From Blastocladiella emersonii ATCC 22665 (Eukaryota; Fungi; Blastocladiomycota), in assembly GCA_025594325.1 (NCBI GenBank), contig JANHCV010000009.1, positions 248,001 through 312,000 on the forward strand: a DNA stretch of 64,000 nucleotides. The letters run 5' to 3'. Shown in pieces: positions 1 through 11,865 of the stretch. How positions within the stretch are numbered: the stretch's first letter is position 1; the number at the start of each line of letters is the position of its first letter. The notes beneath the pieces are model-generated. The model did not search any database. It was not told the origin of the DNA and was given only the letters and a program-made list of their open reading frames with translations. The translations under genes and the position numbers were made by a program.

Positions 1-2235
1 GTAGTTGGACGTCAGGGTCGCGAGAATGGCGTCGGTCGCCGCGGCGAGGGCAGCGTCGTCGTCCGCCAGCCCCTCGAGGTGGTCCATGAGCACCTGCCCC
101 GCGGCCTTGACCAGCGACTCGGTCATGCCGCCCATGCACAGGAGGTACCCGAGGACCGCCGTCTCGCGGTAGAAGGGCTCGGCGAGGACGGGCGCGACGG
201 CCGCGAGGACGCTGGCCGAGTTGGACCAGTCGAGCGACGGGCCGCCCGCAGCGGGCGCGACAACGCGCTGCAGCACGTCCACGGCCGGGATGTGCCCGGC
301 AGCCTGCTGTGCCGCGAGCAGCCGCGCGAGGACGGGGCCCGCGACCTCGCGCACGCGGTCGATCTTGGACAGCGTCTGGTGGACGACGCCGCGCGCGATC
401 GCGGGGACCACGGCCGCAGGATCCGCGAGCACCGCGTGCTCGACGACGAGCGCGAGCCCGGCCATGGCCTCCATGCGGACCCACGACCCGACGTCGCCGT
501 GCGAGGTGGTCGTGTAGTCGTCGAGCGCACCCAAAAACGCGGCCACGATGCGCGCGACGGTCGCGGGCGGGAGCGCGGCGCCGTGCTGGACGACGTGTTT
601 CCCGACAGCCTGCAGCGCGTTCTTCTTGGCCTCGGCGTCGATTTGGGGTTTCGCGAGGTTTTCGGTGGACGCGATCAGCGCCTCGACCGTCTGCACGCTG
701 AGGTCGAGCGGCATCGCGACTTCGCCCAACGCGAGCGCGTACCCGCGGCGCGCGACCTGGTCGCCCGACGGCCGCGCGGCGTGGACCCACCACCCGACGA
801 CGGCGGCGAGGCGCGCGGGGGAGACGCGGCGCAGGGCGGCGGCGGCCGTAGCCGCCGCTGCCTCCTGCAGGGGTACCTCCTTGCGCTCGACCGACGACTC
901 GATGAGCGGGATGAGCAGGTCGATGGTGGCCTCGGGGACGGCGCACACGGTGGCGAGCGCGGCGACCAGCTTGAGCGCGCCCTGGCGCGTCAGCTCGGAC
1001 CCGAACGTCTGCAGGAACGCGGGCGCGATGGCGCGGAGCTGCGCGACGGCCGCGTCGGCGTGCGCGAGGGTAACCACCCCCGAACCGGCGGCGAGGATCA
1101 CCTCGGCGAGCGCGACGGCGGACCCGTGCCTCGTGCCGAGCTCGGTGCTGGTAATGGTCGGGAGGAGCGTGTCAAAGAGGTGCTGGAAGATATCGGGCTT
1201 GAGGTCCACAAGGACCCCCAACGCCTCGGCGGCGAGCACGCGCACGGCGGGGTCCCAGTGGAACACGCTGTTCTCGAGCAGGTACCGGACGCAGTACGGG
1301 TGGTACTCGTCGAACGCGGCGATGGCGCGGCCGGCGACGAGGAACGCGGACGCGCGGTTGCCGACGGTAAAGAAATCGGCCGCCGTCACGATATCGATGC
1401 CGTGCGGGAAGATCCCCTGGCGGCCGACATTCTCCTGGAACGCGGCCGAGGCCGCGCGGCGCACGTGCACCTCGCGGTCGTACATGGACACGCACACGAG
1501 CGACGGCGCGAGCCGGTGGACGTGCGGGCGCATGATATCCGGTGCATACGCGCGCGCAAACGACCAGCACACGTAGCAGGCGGCGTCGCGCACGGGGCTG
1601 CCGATCGAGTAGTTGCCGCGGCGAATGTCAAAGGTGAGGGCGAGCTGGATCCACGTCATGGCCGTGTCGAGGACCGCGGGCAGCAGCAGGCCGCGGCGCG
1701 CGAGCTCGGCGATCGACAGGCACGCGCCGTGCCACGTGTGCTCGGACACGCCCGAGATGTCGAGACTGTCCCCCGAAATCGAGGCGTGCACGTTCTCGTT
1801 GAACAAGTCAATGACCGACTGGACCACGTCGGCGGCGAGCTCCTCGGGCAGGCGGTACGTGATGCGGCCGACGCCCTTGGCGGCGGACCACCGCACGATG
1901 GTGTCGCGGTCGCGCAGCCCGGCGAGGACGACGTGCAGGACCTCCTCGATCTGCTCGGGGATCTCGTCATCTTCCTCCTCGTCCTCGTCGTGACGGGACG
2001 CCGGGTTGGCGGGGCCCGAAGTGACGAGCCCGCCCGCGGCACCAGCCCCAGCGCGGCGGATGTTGGCCTCGAGCGAGCGCGACCCGCGGTCGTAGCGCCA
2101 CTTGGGCAGCTTGTTGCGGAGCATGACGAGGCCGACGCGGGTGGCGAGCTTGGTGACGAGCTTGCGCAGGAGCGAGTTAGTGCGGACCATGGCGGCGTCG
2201 GCGAAGCGGAGCAGGGCGGCGAGCTGGTCAAGTCC
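1..2235 (-). CDS. TBCD: Tubulin-folding cofactor D (partial; runs off the window's left end; N-terminal part not found)
   Basis: Reverse-strand translation gives LLRKLVTKLATRVGL..WRYDRGSRSL, RDTIVRWSAAKGVGRIT, WHGACLSIAELARRGLL, VRDAACYVCWSFARAY and DREVHVRRAASAAFQENVGRQGIFPHGIDI, all TBCD/Alp1 hallmarks. Confidence 0.93.
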
Positions 2236-2244
2236 TTGCCCTCC

Positions 2245-3198
2245 TCATGCCGAGCGAGTCAGCGCGGCAGGTCGTTCCCGCGGTGCGTGGGCAGCTTGCG
2301 TATCGAGTGCATGTAGTAGTTTCATGGAGAATGTCATGTATACGTTGCGGGAGAAGGAATGAAGTGCGTGAGGGCGTCGTTGTCGAGCTGCTAAAAAGTG
2401 TCTCGCAGCCACCGCGTGGCTCCTGCGTGACCGTAGAGACGCGTCTCGCTCGTGCACCGCGGAGACGCGTTCCGCTCGTGTGACGCGACGGAGCTTGCGC
2501 AATTCGAAGTGCTCGTTTTCCTCACGAGCGCACGCAGACGAAGAACGTGGCTTCTCGCGGTTTGCACGCCCGCACACAACGGCTCCTGGCTCGTGCTCAG
2601 TGCCCGCCGACGGTTCGTGTGAGGTGAACAGCTTGCGGAAGAAGGGCGACGACGCGACGAGGACCGCGCGCGACGCGAACAGCGGGGTCTTAGCGCCACC
2701 GGGGCGCAGCTGCACGTCACACAGCTTCGGCTTGTTGAGCGTCGACAGGAGGCCGAGCTGGAGCGGCGTGTAGAAGGCCTTGGGGAGCGGCGACTTGGAT
2801 CCAGACGCAACCGATGCCCCGGCGGCCTCGGCAGCGACTTTCTTAGCCTTACGGGCCGCTTTGGCCGAGGTTGAGGTGCCACTACTACTCGCTGCGCCCG
2901 TGGCCGGTCCAGCAGCGGCCGGAGCCGACGGGGCCGAAAAGTTCCAGAACGGGGGCGGGATGCCAGCACGAAGTGGTGCCGCAATCCTTGGCGGACCATC
3001 GAAGTGTTGTTGGCCGGCGGCTGGGTGCCCCGCCCATTGAGCCGCGGCAGCCGCTTGAGCGAGCGCCGCAGACACAGCCGCAGACATGCTACGGCTGCCA
3101 GAGGACGATTCTTCGGCGTCGGACTCGTCGGATGAAGTGTTCTGCAGGGCAGCCGCCACGAGCTCGGGAGGCGTGGGTCCGTAACCGCTACCGTACAT
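2245..3198 (-). pseudogene. Low-complexity ORF with truncated BTB/POZ domain
   Basis: LNKPKLCDVQLRPGGAKTPLFASRAVLVASSPFFRKLFT matches the BTB start and parallels the BTB at 51402-52166; no recognisable rest of the domain follows. Confidence 0.5.
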
Positions 3199-3506
3199 GG
3201 CCTACCTTTCAATGCGAGTCAGGCGGATTTCGGTTGGGCCATCTTTCGAGCCATACGAAAAAGTTGCAGCAAGTTCAGTTCCGTGATGCGTTACATGGGG
3301 CGCCGAGCGCGGTGGGGTGGAGCGAGAGCCGAGTCGCGGCGCCGGCAACTCATGAGCACCGCGTGCGTGGCGCATCGCGTCGCCGAGTCGAAGCACGGAA
3401 CAGAACGGGCCGTATGTGATGTCTTTATTGCGATGAATGGATGGATGTGGGATTCAGTGCAGGATGCAAATGAATGGGTAGTGATGACAGATGGTGGATG
3501 ATTTCG

Positions 3507-5640
3507 TCAACGACCGCGGCCGTGGCCCTCGTCCTCGTCCTCGCTCTCCTCCAGAATGATGCTGGGCACCCGCGACGCGGCGGTCGCGTCGCCGTCTTCG
3601 GCCGCGACCGTGGTGGCCTCGAACGACTGGAGGCTGACGCGCTCGGTGTCGCCGCGCATGTCGACGACGGCCGCATCCGCGGGGAACACCTTGTCGCCGC
3701 CGCCGAGCGCGTCGTCGCCGCCCTTGCCGAGCGCGGCCTTGATCTCGCGCTGCGCGAGGAGCATGTCGAGGACCGCGGCGCCCGTCATCCCGATCGTCTC
3801 GGGGACGACAAAGAACGCGGCGAGCCCGGCGACGAGCGTGATCGCGCCGATGATGACAAACACCCACGACCCGATGACAGCGAGGAGCGGGAGGAACGCG
3901 ACGAGGTAAAAGAACTGTGTGGACCAGTTGACAGTGAGCGAGACGGCGGCGGCGCTGGCGATCGCGGGTCCGTCGACGACCTCGGACACGAGGACGTACG
4001 GCACGTTGCCCATCCCAAGCGCGAACCCGGTGACGGCGCCGAAGAAGGCGACGAGGGCGACGACGGGCGCGCGCATCACGGTCCCCGCGTTGAGCACGAA
4101 AGCGGCGATCCCCATGACGGCGTACGCGGCGAGGAACAGCGGGCGGCGGCCCCACCGGTCGAGCAGCCGGCCGCACGCGAGGATCGCCACGACGTGGTAC
4201 GCGATGGACAGGACGAAGACGAGGTTGGCCGTGTCGTTGTCGAAGAGCAGGGTCAGGATCGAGTGCGAGTACGCAAAGTAGACGTTGATCCCCGATGCCT
4301 GCAGCGAGAAGTGCGCGAGCGACAGGATGATGAGCGAGGGCCGGTACCGCGCGCTCGTCAGGAACTCGCCGAGACCGACGAACCGCGGCGGCGGAGCGCG
4401 TTCGGTATCGGACTTGCCGCCGCCGAGCAGCGCATTGGTCCCGGCCGATGGCGCGGCGAGCGTGGTGCCGCCGTCGTCCGAAACGGACCCCTCGTCCTCG
4501 GCCACGGGCAGCGGGGCGGGAGCGACGGGCACGAGTTTCCGGACCGCGCCGTCGAGGATACTCGGGTCCGTCTGCGCCCCCCACAGTCGAATGAGCAGTC
4601 CGACGAGCCGCGCGTCGCCGACGACGTGTCCGGGCTCGCCGATCGCGGGGAGCGCGTTGGCCACGTCTTTCGGGCTGGGCGCCATCCACGGGACGCAGAC
4701 GAGCTGGAGGACGGCGGGGAACAGCGACGCGGCGAGGGTGATGCGCCAGCTCGCGAGGGTGGCAAAGTACATGTTCATGAGGCCGCACGCGACGAGGCCG
4801 AGCTGCAGCATCACCTGCGAAAGAGAGCCTACACACGTCTCGAGGCGGTCAGCGACGGTACAATGAGGTGCGAGTGACGCGCGGTGTACCGAACAGTCCG
4901 CGCAGATGCGGCGGCGTGATATCCGCGAGGTACACCGAGTTAACACTCGCGCCCGCCCCCGCGCCGATCCCCGCGAGCAGGCGGCCGAGCGCGAGCGCCC
5001 AGTATCCCGGCGCGAGGGCCATGACGACGGGCGACGCGATGAGGACCACGGCGTTGGCGCCGAGCACGCGTTTCCGGCCGAACCGCAGGCACAGGCGCGA
5101 CGACGCGAGCGACCCGATGAGCCCGCCGACGCTCAGCATCGCGCTCAGGATCCCGAAATCGAGCGTCGGCGACATGGCAATGCACGCGGGGAGGCCGAAC
5201 AGGCCGAGCGGGGACGCGGCCAGCGCGGCCGGGTCGACGCGCGCACACGTCAGGATGTACTGCGCCGACGAGAGCTCGCTACACGGGCACGGGGTGAGTC
5301 TTCGTGATCGCTCGGTCAAGAGGTGAGCGTACCTGATGTGGTAGCCGAACAGAAACATGGCGAGCGACGCGGTGAATGCCGAGAAGACGAGGTACGGCGT
5401 GCACCGCGCGGGCGTGACGCGCTGGAACCGCTGCTGCTTCTGCTGCGCGGGGGCAGCGGGTGGGAAGACATGCTCGCCGAGGGACGAGAGCGACACGGTG
5501 TCGCTGCCGCAGCTATCCCGCGGCCGCTGCTGGTCGTCTAGAGTCGTCGTGGAAGTCGGGAGATGCATGGTGACGGGGCGACAGAAGCCGGGGATGACCG
5601 AGTTGCGCCATTCGCCGAGCGCGGCGGGGAGAGGGTGCAT
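3507..5640 (-). CDS. MFS sugar porter (GLUT-like); introns near 5270-5335 and 4816-4885; start 5640 or 5568
   Basis: FLFGYH, RFGRKRVL, GRLLAGIGAG, YLADITPPHLRGLFG, QLGLVACG, LLDRWGRRPL, PYVLVSE, NWSTQF, VPETIG sugar-porter signatures. Confidence 0.92.
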
Positions 5641-6219
5641 CGCGGCGGCGAGGGGAGGGTCGGTCGGTGGTGCAAGAGTGTGCGAGGGCGCCGAATTCGA
5701 TGCCGGCGGCGGTTGGACGGAGAAGGCAACTCCCTGTGCAGTGCGTGTATGAGGGAAAGAGGAAGGTGCGAGCGCGTCGGCGCGGACGAACAACGCAGCG
5801 CAGCGCGCCAAAATCGGCATGGGAAGCGCGCGCGATCCGACGCGACGCGTCGCGCCCGCCGAACGACGCGTCACGCCTCCTCCTCCCTTCTCCCTTGTTC
5901 GCTTCAGATTCCCACGCCCCGTTGTCCAGATATCGCAGCGCTGTCTATTCGATCTATATCACCGTGTAACATTAACCACCACCGCACCCCCAAATCGCGA
6001 TGCCCGGCTCGCAGCGGCGGGCGGCGAGCCCGCGCGAACAACGCGTGCCGCGGTGCGCGCGTGTTCCGTGGCGACTTGGTGGGAAACGCGTCTCGCGCCC
6101 CACGTGCCTGCGGGGTACGCGACGGACAATCACGTGTGCGCCCGCGTGAGTGGCGAAGCTCGGTGATCCGTTCGCCCACACGCGGCCACGCCACCCTGCC
6201 GCCGCCACCGCCCGCGAGT

Positions 6220-6702
6220 CTACAACGCGGCGTCGGCAGCAACGCCCGTCTCCGGGTCGAGGCAATACACTGGGAACAGGCCCGAGTCGCCGTTCGCCCT
6301 CGTCCCGCGTGCCCACCCGCCGTCGCCATACGACTCGATGGCGACCCACTCGCCGGCGACGACGTGCAGCTCGTCGGGGAGGATCGGCGAGTACGTCATC
6401 CACACGCGGCGGCGCTGGACTGCTGGTGCTGGTGCGGCTGCGGGCTGGCGCAGGAGCTTGGGCGGGGTGTAGCTCGTCGTCGCGCTGGCGGCAGCTGCGC
6501 GCGGGGGTTTCGTGATGGTCGCGCCGCTCGCCATGGTCGGGCCCGTGGGCGTGCTGATGGTGTCGGTTGTTGGGTCAAACGTCGGGTTGAGCCGCACGGG
6601 CGTCGCGAGCGCGGCGCGGTGCCGCCGCTGCAGGTCCTGGCACAGCGCGAGCGCTGCGATGCTGAAGGCGCACGCGAGCAGGATCACGACGGCGGGGTCC
6701 AT
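6220..6702 (-). CDS. Small protein with N-terminal TM/signal helix and C-terminal SH3 domain
   Basis: Hydrophobic N-terminus VVILLACAFSIAALALC; YSPILPDELHVVAGEWVAIESYGDGGWARG..SGLFPVYCL fits the SH3 consensus. Confidence 0.8.
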   Translation of the reverse strand: MDPAVVILLACAFSIAALALCQDLQRRHRAALATPVRLNPTFDPTTDTISTPTGPTMASGATITKPPRAAAASATTSYTPPKLLRQPAAAPAPAVQRRRVWMTYSPILPDELHVVAGEWVAIESYGDGGWARGTRANGDSGLFPVYCLDPETGVAADAAL

Positions 6703-6998
6703 CTAGCTGAAGTCTATGTGCGAGTTTCTATGATGTGTTGGTGAGGGAGGAGAGGCGAGGAAGGGCGAGAAGGCAGGCGGGGAGTGGCGCCGCAAACCGG
6801 CAAGGGAAAGTGATGGACCCGCCAATCAACGTGGCCACGCCCACGGCCGCGTCGAATACGGAGGAGATGCGTGCGTGTATTGGACAAGTCGTCGTCGTCG
6901 TCGTCGTCGTGTGACCGTATTTACAGGAGACGGAAGGAGAGAGAGGATGGCGGGGGATAAGTCTAAGGGATGCTCTTGTGAACGGTTCTCGTGGTCGG

Positions 6999-8384
6999 TC
7001 ACCAGTACCGCACCGAGTGCACGCTGTTGACGCGCTCGGGCACGTCCCGCGCCGCGACGGGGAAGAAGAAGAGCGGCGCGGCCGCGGGCACCGCGCGCGG
7101 GCGCACCACCTGGGGCGCACCGTGGTGCCCGCCGCCAAAGTAGTCGTACGCCGCGGCCTCGGTCGCGGGCGGCGACACCAGCGGGTTATTCCCGACGCGC
7201 ACGATGGGCGACGCGGGCGGCGTGAGCTTGGGCGAGTGCGATCCGGGCACGAGACCCGCGGCCGCGGCCCACGACCGGAGCGCCGGCGACAGCGCCATGC
7301 CGACGACGCCGGGCGACGCGGTGCGGTCGACGAGCACGTCGCGCATCATGGTCAGCGGGGTGCCCGACCGGCTCGCGACCGCGATCGGGCCTGCCATGGC
7401 GGCGGTGCAGGACGATAGCGGCGCGCGGCCCGGGTACGGGAACGGGTGCGACGAGCCGGCGGTGGGCGACGGCACGCGGCTGATGGGTGCCGGGGATGCG
7501 GTCGTTGGCATGGCGAACCAGCTGCGCGGCGGCGGCGGGGGTGGGGACAGGAGGCCGGGCGCAAGGGTGCCCGTCGACGAGGTCGTCGTGGAACTGGCCC
7601 AGCTAGGTTCGGGCGCAGCGCTGACACGCAGCGAGACGGGCGCGGGTGGCGAGAGCGAGCCGGCGGCGTCGAGCACCGAGTGGTCCTCGATATCGGCGTC
7701 GTACTCCACATCAGACTCGACGTCGAGCGGGAAGCGCGCGAGCAGACCAAGCGGGGACCCGGACACCTTCACCGGCTTGACGTCCGCGCGGCGGCGACGG
7801 CGCCGCTTTCCCTTGTCCTGTGACGGCGCGGCAGCACCGTCGAGCTCGACCTCCTCGGAGATAGTATCATGTCGGAGGACCACCGGCATCTCGCGAGCGA
7901 CGGGCGCCATGCGCGGGAGCGGCGCGTAGTACGCCGCAGCCCCGACGGCCGCCGCAGTCGCCGCAGCCGCGGCCGCAGTCGTCGAGGACGCCACCTGGGC
8001 GACTGAGACGCTCGCGGTGCGCGCGCGCACGCGGGTCGGCGAGAAGGCGAACGAGGCGACGACCGTTTCGCCAAGGCCGAGCGCCGAGGCCGCCGCAGAA
8101 GCGGATCCGGGGCGGCGCAGGGACGACGACGCGGATGCGGATACGGTGCGCAAGCGCGGGCGCGGGGTGCCGAGGGAGAGGAAGCCGGCGAGCGGGCTGC
8201 CGAGCGCGGTTCTCACGGTGGCGGCGGGCGACGTGGTGGTTGAAGGGGCGGGGCTCACCGTGTTGATGACGGAGCCGCCGCAGCACGGGTGGAGCGCAGC
8301 CGACGACGAGGATCGCGAGGTCGGGCGAGGGTGGAGCGCGGCGCCCACGGGGCGGCGCGGCGTCGGCATCACGAGGACGACCAT
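6999..8384 (-). CDS. Hypothetical Ser/Ala/Pro-rich disordered protein
   Basis: Long ORF with host-like codon bias and a basic KGKRRRRRR NLS-like patch; no recognisable domain; start approximate. Confidence 0.45.
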   Translation of the reverse strand: MVVLVMPTPRRPVGAALHPRPTSRSSSSAALHPCCGGSVINTVSPAPSTTTSPAATVRTALGSPLAGFLSLGTPRPRLRTVSASASSSLRRPGSASAAASALGLGETVVASFAFSPTRVRARTASVSVAQVASSTTAAAAAATAAAVGAAAYYAPLPRMAPVAREMPVVLRHDTISEEVELDGAAAPSQDKGKRRRRRRADVKPVKVSGSPLGLLARFPLDVESDVEYDADIEDHSVLDAAGSLSPPAPVSLRVSAAPEPSWASSTTTSSTGTLAPGLLSPPPPPPRSWFAMPTTASPAPISRVPSPTAGSSHPFPYPGRAPLSSCTAAMAGPIAVASRSGTPLTMMRDVLVDRTASPGVVGMALSPALRSWAAAAGLVPGSHSPKLTPPASPIVRVGNNPLVSPPATEAAAYDYFGGGHHGAPQVVRPRAVPAAAPLFFFPVAARDVPERVNSVHSVRYW

Positions 8385-8837
8385 GCTGATGTTGCGGTTG
8401 TGGTTGGTTGGGGGAATGTACAGGAGGGTGCAGTGCAGCAAGTCGCTTCGAATTACATGGGATGGGCGTGGGAGGGGGGCGGTCCCGCGCTGGTTGGGGA
8501 GAAAGGGAGAGCTGACCGAAGCAGCGACGACGAGGGGAGGAAGGGCGTGCGACTTCCGCTTCGGCCGAGGCGGCGCCCGCCCGCTCTTAACGCTTGGGCG
8601 CGAATTCGAGATCCGCGCGCTGACGTGTTCGTCGGAAGGCCTCCTGACTCTGCACCGACGCGTTGCACGCCGCGGACTCGGCCTCTCATGGAATGCCGCG
8701 CCGGGCTTGGAAACCGGCCCGCGCCGCTGCGGCGCAGTCCTGACGCCACGCCGCGTATCATGTCATGTCAGCTATCGGCAAGTGTATCATCATGGGGCGG
8801 GGTGGGATGACCGACGCGCGTCTACGTGACGCAGCGC

Positions 8838-9836
8838 TCAGTCGCGCTCGGCGGCAAAGTCGATGACGAGCGGGGCAAACTCGTGCAGGAACGCCGTGTC
8901 GGCGCGGCGGATCGCGAGCGCCTTGCGGCCCATGATGTCGAACTTGGTCTGGCCCGCGACCCAGGTCTTGCGCTCGGCCTCCCCCAGAAACTCCTGGCCG
9001 ACAGCCATGCCGCCCGCCTCCTCGACCAGCAGAATCCCCGCGGCGAGGTCCCACGCGTGCAGGCCGACCTCCCAGTACACGTCGGCGGACCCGCGCGCGA
9101 CCATGCACAGGTTGAGCGCGCCGGACCCGGTACACCGGACGCCGCGGAGGTTCGCCTTACCCGCAGCGAGCGCGCGGTCGAGCGTGCCGAGCTTGGCCGC
9201 CATGGCCACGGGTCCGCGGTCGTGCCCGCCCTCGGTCACGAACAGCACCGAGTGCATCGTGACCGGGTGCGCGGCGCGGTGCCACGGCAGCGCGCGCCCG
9301 TTCAGGAACGCGCCGAACCCGCGGTGCGCCACGTACATTTCGTCGAGGATCGGGTTGTACACGACGCCCACCTGCGCGCGCCCGTCCACGACCAGAGCGA
9401 GCGACGTGCACACGAACGGGAACCCGTGCACGAAGTTGGTCGTGCCGTCCACCGGGTCGCAGATCACCGTGGGCGCGGACGTCAGCTCGCACTTGGCCCC
9501 GCCCGCGACTGACTCCTCGCCAATGAACTTGTACGTCGGGAACGCCGCGAGGAGGCGCGACTGGATCAGCGCCTCGACCGCCTGGTCTACACACCCGCGT
9601 TTTCAGCCTTGGCTCTCCGCTCCAGTGACACGCTAGGGCTTACCCGTCGCCGTGACGAGGTCCACGGCATTGTTATCCTTGTTGTCGGGCGCCGGGGGCG
9701 CCTGCGCGTCGAAGAAGGCCGTGCGGATGATCGCGCCCGCCTCGCGCGCAACCCCGATCGCCGCCGTGCAGAACGCCGCATACGGCGCCGACGCCGGGAT
9801 CACAGTGTCGGAAGTTGAAGTCGTTGTCGATGACAT
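8838..9836 (-). CDS. IMPA: Inositol monophosphatase; intron 9587-9643
   Basis: DLVTATDQAVE, FIGEES, ICDPVDGTTNFVHGFP and WDLAAGILLVEEAGG motifs; GTAAG…TAG intron restores the frame. Confidence 0.95.
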
Positions 9837-10291
9837 GGTGGTGGTTACGTTGCAACAGAGGCGAGAGAGCGAGGGAGGAAGCGAGCATCGCGAGAAGAGG
9901 TTCGCGAGCGCCGGCGCCACACGGCAACTTACCTCACGTGTAGGATCATCGCGAGCCGAGCAGCTTCAAGTCCTCCGTATGCCTTGCACACTTGGAGATC
10001 GACGTAGCGACTCGATGCAAACATGAATAGTCAACGAGATCATGCTACTATGCCGCCCCAGTCCTGCCCAGGTCGGCTTGCTCTCGATCAAGCGATGTCG
10101 ACGTCGTACTCGAACGAGCGCGTCAAGATACAGCAGCGAGATGCGGCCGACCTGACGATTAGCGTGATACAAAGAGGGTTTGAAGGGGAGAAAATGCTTT
10201 GATTGGAGGATGGATGAGTAATTACAAGTAGACAACAGTGGAGCCGTTCGTGGCGCGTCCTGCGCGCTCGCCCCCGGCTCCTCCGCCCGCC

Positions 10292-11047
10292 TTAGACGAC
10301 GACAGCCGACGTGGTAGTAGCCGCGACCGCGACCTCGGCGTCGACGCCCGTCGAGAAATCGGCGCCCGCGGCGACAAACGCGTCAACGTCGGCGGAGCTG
10401 CCCGCGTCGAGCTGCGCCGCGTCGCCCGAGTCGAAGATCGAGAACTCGTCGTCGCGCTGGCGGCGGCCGTAGCCCGAGCCGCCATGGCCGTGGCCGCCGT
10501 GGCCGTGCCCGCCATGGCCCCAGTTGCCCGAGCCCCCGTTGTGGTGGCCCGCGCCGCCGCCGTGGCCCCAGTTGCCGCCCGAGCTCCAGTTGCCGCCGCC
10601 GCCCGAGTGCCACGAGTCGCTCCACTGGTGCGACTGGTAGTGCTCCCAGTGCGAGGAGCCGCCCGAGTGGTGGTGCGAGTGGCCGCCAGAACTGTGGCCG
10701 CCGCCGTTGAAGTGCCCGTTTCCGCCATGGTGAACGTTTCCGCCATGGTGAACGTTTCCGCCGTGGTGAACGTTTCCGCCATGGTGAACGTTTCCGCCAT
10801 GGTGCACGTTTCCGCCATGGTGCACGTTTCCGCCATGGTGCACGTTTCCGCCATGGCCGTGGCCAATATGGCCCGAGTGGCCGCCGCCAACGTGGCCATG
10901 CGAGCCGCCATGCGCGCCTCCGCCGACGTGCCCGTTGAAGCCGCCGCCAACGTGCCCGTTGAAACCTCCGTTCGCGTGCCCGCCAGCGTGCCCGTGCAGC
11001 ATGCCGCCGATCAGGGCCTTCTTGTATGCGATGAGGCCGAAAGTCAT
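10292..11047 (-). CDS. Gly/His-rich repeat protein (251 aa) with acidic C-terminal tail
   Basis: ORF from MTFGLIAYKK; (GGNVHH)x7 plus GH/GGH repeats; upstream TATAAAA. Confidence 0.75.
   Translation of the reverse strand: MTFGLIAYKKALIGGMLHGHAGGHANGGFNGHVGGGFNGHVGGGAHGGSHGHVGGGHSGHIGHGHGGNVHHGGNVHHGGNVHHGGNVHHGGNVHHGGNVHHGGNVHHGGNGHFNGGGHSSGGHSHHHSGGSSHWEHYQSHQWSDSWHSGGGGNWSSGGNWGHGGGAGHHNGGSGNWGHGGHGHGGHGHGGSGYGRRQRDDEFSIFDSGDAAQLDAGSSADVDAFVAAGADFSTGVDAEVAVAATTTSAVVV
10721..10846 (-). repeat. 7 x 18-bp tandem repeat encoding GGNVHH
   Basis: Unit tccgcc(a/g)tggtg(a/c)acgtt repeated seven times on the + strand. Confidence 0.95.
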
Positions 11048-11167
11048 CTTGTTGGAGTGGTGCTTGGTCGAGGTGTGGAGTGCAAAGGAGGCCGGCTCGC
11101 TTTGCTCTGCGTGGGTGTGGATGGATGGGTGTCGAATCAGCTTGAAACGGGCGGCGGGGAGCGCGGG

Positions 11168-11174
11168 TTTTATA
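11168..11174 (-). promoter_or_regulatory. TATA box of the Gly/His-rich gene
   Basis: TATAAAA on the minus strand about 120 nt upstream of the ATG in a very GC-rich context. Confidence 0.6.
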
Positions 11175-11865
11175 GTCGGAGCCGCCCACGTCGCTGCTGG
11201 CCTCCAACCACCAAGCGAAAACAAAACGACCTCTAAACGCAACGGCCGCGGGGCGCCGTGGCTCCTGCGGCTCGGCACGCACTGCGCCGCGGCTTCCAGT
11301 CGAGTTCCAGCGGCGCCCGTGATGAGTCGCGAGGCGGGTGTGGCGCGGATCGGCGGGATTCTGGAACGCGGTGGCTGAGTCCCGCGCGCTGCGCCACCCC
11401 GGCCATCCTCCGCCTCGCCGGCGAACAGACAGATTGCGGGATATCGGCTTGTAGATAATGAACGCTGCGGTCGACTGAGCCCGCGGGCTTGTAGACGCGC
11501 GCCGAGCCGCTGGTCTGCGGATTCGTGAGGGTTGGCTGGCCGCGTTGCGATATTCGCACGTGTATCCCTCGCGCGCGACACGGCGTGAGCGCGGGTTGCC
11601 GTCGCTCGGGCACGCGCACTGCTGCCTCGACCGCCTTCATCGCTGTGAGCCCAATTGCCGCTCGCGACAGGGACCGTTCGGAGCGTCTTCGAGGTCAAGT
11701 GCGTCCTCGAGGCCAGATGGAAGTATATTGTGGCAGAACGGCCGTGTCGGGTATCCTCGCTTGCCGAGGGCGAGCAGTGTTTGACAGCGCAGTCCTGCTG
11801 TGATGCGAGTTCAAACAAAACCAATGTAATTACACTTGCTCTGGCTCCACGCCCTCCACCCTCAC

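Noticed and set aside
79-2316. 745-aa plus-strand ORF, and similar long ORFs such as 3474-4877, 42420-44075, 44435-46420 and 49336-51273
   Set aside because: Antisense shadows of real genes; high GC3 removes stops on the opposite strand; no domain content
10721-10846. Regular 18-bp repeats as a possible CRISPR-like array
   Set aside because: No spacers; a coding tandem repeat in a eukaryotic gene
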